The position numbers and the translations under genes were made by a program. This document shows, piece by piece, positions 57,922 to 64,000 of a stretch of DNA of 64,000 nt. Within the stretch, counting starts at the first letter, position 1. Each line of letters starts with the position of its first letter. Origin of the DNA: Octopus vulgaris (taxonomy: Eukaryota); NCBI GenBank assembly GCA_951406725.2, contig OX597837.1, positions 20,398,001 through 20,462,000 on the forward strand, read 5' to 3'. Below the pieces are notes generated by a model. It was given only the letters and a program-made list of their open reading frames with translations, did not search any database and was not told the DNA's origin.

Positions 57922-58331
57922 TCTTTTTACTTGTTTCAGTCATTTGACTGCAGCCATGCTGGAGCACCGCCTTTAGTCGAGCAAATCGACCCCGGGACTT
58001 ATTTTTTGTAAGCCCAGTACTTATTCTATCGGTCTCTTTTGCCGAACCGCTAAGTGACGGGGACGTAAACACACCAGCATCGGTTGTCAAGCAATGCTAG
58101 GGGGACAAACACAGACACACAGACACACAAACACACACACATACACATATATACATATACATATATACGACAGGCTTCTTTCAGTTTCCGTCTACCAAAT
58201 CCACTCACAAGGCAGTGGTCGGCCCGGGGCTATAGCAGAAGACACTTGCCCAAGATGCCACGCAGTGGGACTGAACCCGGATCCATGTGATTGGTTAGCA
58301 AGCTACTTACCACACAGCCACTCCTGCGCCT
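57922..58331 (-). mobile_element. SINE family 1 (intronic, young)
   Basis: Near-identical reverse complement of 34267-34700. Confidence 0.92.
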
Positions 58332-58369
58332 ATATATATATACACATATATATATACACACACACACAC

Positions 58370-58444
<75 letters not shown>

Positions 58445-58654
58445 CACATACATATATATATATATATATACATACATATATATATATACATACACACACA
58501 CACATACATACATATATATATAATAAATTTACTGCTGAAATGCATGTGGTAATATTCATCTTACGCATTCGTTTCATGTTTTATTACTATAAATTATGTT
58601 GTGTTAAATATACCAACACTCCTTGGATACTCTTCGATTTGCTGAATACCTGGG

Positions 58655-59060
58655 ATATCATCATCATTTAATGTCCACTTAAGCATACTGGCATGGGTTG
58701 GACGGTTTGACCAGAGCTGGTAAGCAGAGGGGAGCTGTACCAGATTCCAGTCTGATTTGGCATGGTTTATATAGCTGTACACCCTTCCTAACACCAACCA
58801 CTTTACAGAGTGTGCAAGGTGCCTTTATGGGGCACCACAAGTGCACTTTTATGTGGCGCCACATGGGTGCTTTTACACAGCACTGCATGAGCGCTTTTAT
58901 GCGGCACCACCACAAATGCTTTACACAGTCAGAAGGATTGATCTTAACAATTCTCCTGCAGGGTATAGATGTTCTTGAGTACAACCAGGTGCCAGGTATC
59001 TTGATCCTTTGTCATCTCGCCTGAAAGGTTCAGCTGCCTGAGGCTGTTCTTAAGTACTTC
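58655..59060 (-). mobile_element. RTE-type 3' tail or RTE-tailed SINE remnant
   Basis: Minus strand ends gtcaaaccgtccaacccatgccag...gtggacattaaatgatgatg with short-repeat tail; internal ttttatgtggcaccac-type repeats. Confidence 0.45.
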
Positions 59061-59259
59061 GGAGAAATATCATTTCATCTTAGCTTTAATTGCTAGTCTA
59101 AATATTTGTTTACCTGAGTTTTTCAAGTTGTTCTGTCAAGCCAAAACATACAGTGTTGATTTTCTTTGATCTATTTACATAATCCCCTTAACTATCACCA
59201 TACACACACACAGACACACACATATAACCCAGAACCATGTGGTTGGGAAGCACACTGGC

Positions 59260-59380
<121 letters not shown>

Positions 59381-59672
59381 TTCTTTCAGTTTCCATCAAC
59401 CAAATCTACTCACAAGGCTTTGATCAGTCTGGGGCTATAGTAGAAGACAATTGCAGAAGATAGCATGCAGGGCAACTAAGCCCAGAACCAGGTTGTTGTA
59501 AATTAAACATCTTACCATATAACCATGTCTGTAGGTGTGTATGTGTGTGTGCATACATGCTTTTCATCATGTTTAGGGTCAATAAAATAAATTATTAGAT
59601 GAATATTATGACAAATTATTCCTTTATTCCTGTACCCCAAATGTTGAATATGTGTCTATCAAAATCATGATT

Positions 59673-60086
59673 ACGTAAAGTGTACTAGCCATTTGAATGT
59701 GGCTAACCACTAAGGGTGGGTGTTACTGAAGCTTTTAGCCCCAGGAGATCATCGTCTCCAGCTGGCTTTAGACACACTTTCTGTGCCCTTCTGATATTCG
59801 CAAAGGGAGGTCATCCCCTCTCGAAAACCCAAGTGATACATACGGTAATCACCGGTTCTCGATTGAAAAGACCTGTTTGCGAATATCTATTTAATGTTTT
59901 TCCCAGCAACCACTGTCACTGTTTTTGCCTCTCGTCAACGTACGGTAAGCCAGCTGGAGACGATGATCTCCTGGGGCTAAAAGCTTCAGTAACACCCACC
60001 CCCCAGTGGCTAGCCACATTCAGATGGCTAGTACACTTTACGTTGTCGAGCGGTTACTATTTACATCTCGTTTGGAGATTTATTAA
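59673..60086. mobile_element. Fold-back insertion with ~96 bp inverted arms and 12 bp flanking direct repeat
   Basis: Arms 59673-59768 and 59947-60043; aaaatcatgatt at 59661-59672 and 60087-60098. Confidence 0.75.
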
Positions 60087-60758
60087 AAAATCATGATTGT
60101 TTCATAATAATAATTAAAACAGTTGTAGCTGATTAAATGAATGAATACCACGGTATATGATACACTGTATTAAATTACTTCCCCTTACATCAAGAGTCCT
60201 TATAGCACTAGCGTTAACTTTGCGTCTCAGCTTACCAAAATTCAACTAAGTACCAGTAATATGCCAGGCATTTTTGGTTCAACTCTATATTCTCCACTTG
60301 CAGTTTTAATCATCCTTTACATGTGCACACACACACACACAAAACCATATACACTAATACACAAGGATACTTATGCATATATCTACACAGTAACATACAC
60401 ACATTCATACACCTATAAAATATTCATCCACACACACACACACACACACACACGCACATGTTAAGACCTGCACATACATACATAAAGGAGTGTAGCATAT
60501 ACTTTTATCAATTTCCGTCATATCCTATATTACAGTGAAGTGGCTGTTCCGTATGTGTGTGTGTGTGAGGTAGAGTGTGTGTGCTTTTAAAAAATACACA
60601 CACATATACATATACACACATACTCAAACAAATATGTATGCAGGATGGTAGACGCATATCAATGAATAAGATTCACACTCACATACACACACGTATTTAT
60701 AATGATCCTCCTGTCACATTACATCTCCCTTCTAGGACCTCATCTCTTCAATCATATA

Positions 60759-60836
<78 letters not shown>

Positions 60837-60914
60837 TATGTATGTATATATATATATGTGTGTGTGTATATATGTATATGTATGTATATATGTATATATG
60901 TATATATATATGTA

Positions 60915-60945
<31 letters not shown>

Positions 60946-60954
60946 TCTTTAATT

Positions 60955-61318
60955 CTTTTACTTGTTTCAGTCATTTGACAGTGGCCATGCTGAGCACCAC
61001 CTTCAGTCGAACAAATTGACCCCAGGACTTAGTCATTGTAAGCCTAATACTTATTCTATTGGTATATTTTACTGAACTGCTAAGTTACAGGGACATAAAT
61101 ACACCGGCATCGGTTGTCAAGTGATGGTGGGTAAACACAGACACACACATGTATACAACAGGCTTCTTTTGGTTTTCTTCTACCAAATCCACTCACAAGG
61201 CTTTGGTCAGCCCAAGGCTATAGTAAAAGACACTGGCCCAAGGTGGCACGCAGTAGGACTGAACATAGAACCATGTGGTTGGGAAGTAAACTTCTTACCA
61301 CACAGCCACACTGTGCCT
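60955..61318 (-). mobile_element. SINE family 1 (intronic)
   Basis: Diverged full-length match. Confidence 0.85.
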
Positions 61319-61805
61319 GGAATTGTAAACTTTGAACAGTACAAGGTAGGTACAAAAAGCAACTTTCAGGAACAATTTATTGGCATTAAAGATTGTAGGC
61401 TTTTCCCATATCAAAGTTTGATAAGCTCAAAGAAGTTTTTAGAAAGTTCATGGTTAGCAACGAGGGCAGCAAGTAAAAATCCAAATGGAAGGGATGGAGT
61501 AGGTTAAATACAGGCTACACGTTTCTTAGGTAACAGGTCCACAGAAGTAACGACTATTCAACGAGGGATACTCTGCTAGCTACCCATCAGGCTGAAGATA
61601 CCTTAATTTCAAATGATACCTCCAGCAAGTTAACTAGGGATTCCTTAACGACAAGGTAGCTTTCATATAACTGAGGAGTAGCTAGCTGAGTACAACTCAT
61701 TGAATAATCGTTACCGCTGAGGACCTGCTGCCTAAGAAACATGTAGCCTGGATTTTACCAGTGCCACTCCCTCGATTTGTATGTGTGTATATATGTACTC
61801 TTTAC

Positions 61806-62196
61806 TCTTTTACTTGTTTCAGTCATGTGACTGTGGCCATGCTGGAGCAATGCCTTTTGGTCGAGCAAATCGACCCAAGGACTTATTCTTTGTAAGCCTA
61901 GTACTTATTATATTGGTCTCTTTTGCCGAACTGCTAAGTTACGGGGATGTAAACACACCAGCATCGGTTGTCAAGCAATGTTGGGGGGACAAACACAGAC
62001 AAACAAATATACACACACACATACACTCACATATATATATGTATACGGGCTTCTTTCAGTTTCCGTCTACCAAATCCACTCACAAGGCTTTGGTCAGCCC
62101 GAGGCTACAGTAGAAGACACTTGCCCAAGGTGCCACAGAGTGGGACTGAACCCGGAACCATGTGGTTCGTAAGCAAGCTACTTACCACACAGCCAC
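61806..62196 (-). mobile_element. SINE family 1 (intronic)
   Basis: Full-length match. Confidence 0.9.
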
Positions 62197-62239
62197 ATAT
62201 ATATATATATACACACACTCTCTCACTGGCTACCCTAGT

Positions 62240-62555
62240 GAAAGTGCATGGTTCAGTAGTAAAAGCATCGGGCTTACAATCGTGAGGTTGTGAGTTCGAT
62301 TCCTGAACAAGACATTTTATTTCATGTTGCTCCAGGCCACTCAGCTGTAGAAATGAGTTGCAGCATCACTGGTGCCAAGCTGTATCAGCCTTTGCCTTTC
62401 CCTTGGACAACATCTGTGACATAGAGAAGAGAGGCTAATATGTATGGGCAACTGTTGGTCTTCTACAAACAACCTTGTCCAGACTTGTGCCTCGGAGGGT
62501 AACTTTCTAGGTGCAATCACATAGTCACTAATGATCAAAGGGTATCTTTACCCCC
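62240..62555 (+). mobile_element. SINE family 4 (intronic)
   Basis: A/B boxes tggttcagtag / gttcgattcc, body matches 40092 copy. Confidence 0.8.
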
Positions 62556-63179
62556 TTTTCTTTTTACCCAGGCTACCCTATTGCCACCCAACACTTCCCC
62601 TAATCTTTATGCCATTATCTGCTCTTAACATCTTTAGGATGGTCCCTAATCTTTCCTTCATAGTTCACCATAGTTCTCTCCTCCCCCCTTTTTCCAACCC
62701 TTCAACTGCCCCCCCCCACATCTTGGATACTTTCATGGCACTCACACTTTACTCATTCGCCTCCTCCCACCTTTCTGGCACTCTCCACCATCTCTTTCAA
62801 GTCCCTCACTGTCTGAGTCCTCCTCCACCACAGCTTCACTACCCCCTCAACATCCCTTCCCATTTTCTTCTTTTGACCTCCCTTCAGCAAAAACTCACAC
62901 TGCTCTTTCCTTCAATGGCCCTCTCTCAGGATTCCTCTCCACTCCAGGCTGTTAATCTCTTTCTGTACTCTTCCCCTGAGACCTCCTGTCCATACAAATT
63001 TGCTAATAATCTTTGCATTGCCCAACAATATGCATAATACATATAAGGTAAAATATACTTTAAATGGGTCAATAATAAAGCATACACACCCATATGATAC
63101 CCTCTCCAGGAAGTGCAGACTACGTTTGGAGGAATCACTATGCATATTGTTAAGCAATGAAATGATTATTAACAATTAT

Positions 63180-63517
63180 AGGTGCAGGAGTGGCTGTGTT
63201 GTAAAAAGCTTGCTTCCCAACCACATGGTTCTGGGTTCAGTCCTACCGGGTGGCACCTTGGGCAAGTGTCTTTTACTAAAGCCTTGGGCCAATGAAGGCC
63301 TTGTGAGTGGATTTCGTAGATGGAAACTGGAAGAAGTCCATCATATATATATTTTGGCAAGGTTGCAAAAGCAATGAAAATTTTGGAAGAAAAAATATAA
63401 ATAAAAAATGAGGGGAAATCGAACCAGTGAGTGTGTTAGATAATAAGGCATTAAGATAATATGACATAATTCACTTGAACACATAAAGAATCTTGCAAAC
63501 CAGATACAAAAACAAAG

Positions 63518-63553
<36 letters not shown>

Positions 63554-63762
63554 TATAGATATATTTCATTGTGTCGGTTTGTCCCCCACCAACACTTGAC
63601 AACCAGTGTTGGTGTCCCCATAACCTAGTGGTTCAGCAAAAGGGATCAATAGAATAAGTACTAGGCTTTAAAAAATAAGTCTTGGGTTCGATTTGTTCAA
63701 TTAAATCCTTTCAAGGTGGCGCTCCAGCATGGCCATTGTCAAATGACTGAAACAAGTAAAGG
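63180..63762 (+). mobile_element. SINE family 1, interrupted (63180-63342 and 63570-63762)
   Basis: Head ggtgcaggagtggctgtg, tail ccagcatggcc...gactgaaacaagtaaa. Confidence 0.82.
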
Positions 63763-64000
63763 AGTAAATACTGACCATACTATTAGTGCTTGAAGAAGAT
63801 GTATACTGCATTATCGATATTCTTATACAGTGTTATTGGTATTCTTATTGTATCTTACTGTAAAAATATTCCTATGCATTTGTGCATATAACTACCACAC
63901 ACATAAAGACCTTACTTTGTGTATATCCATAGATATTTCTCGGTGCAGGAGTGTATGTCCGTGTGTCTATGAGGCCATGTATGATTGTGTGTCTCTATAC

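Noticed and set aside
62531-63037. 168 aa Pro/Leu/Ser-rich ORF as a FoxO-related or novel exon
   Set aside because: Pyrimidine-rich low-complexity sequence; no FoxO N-terminal motifs on either strand.

Overview
Repeat-dense, AT-rich animal genomic DNA; the SINE families, microsatellite load and FoxO sequence suggest an octopus (inference). The one clear host gene is FoxO on the minus strand: its large last coding exon (54775-52742), a probable ~3.8 kb non-coding terminal exon (~48901-45125), and >9 kb of the upstream intron. The rest is mobile DNA: (i) a ~14 kb block (15.0-29.0 kb) of nine 5'-truncated R4/Dong-type RT+RLE retrotransposon copies from about seven families, each ending in a (TAA)n tract, interleaved with a ~555 bp non-coding element with the same target and polarity; (ii) a CR1/L2-type LINE whose 3' tail matches the commonest SINE; (iii) decayed mariner and Tc1 transposons; (iv) Penelope-like remnants with a GIY-YIG fragment and several minimal hammerhead-ribozyme-like motifs, some as inverted pairs; (v) many tRNA-derived SINEs. 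The best leads are the TAA-targeted retroelement cluster with a covarying 3'-UTR hairpin, the hammerhead motifs, and a FoxO TAG stop followed by an in-frame NLLR extension. Most ORFs in the supplied track are microsatellite artefacts. Coordinates were read by eye and repeat boundaries are approximate.
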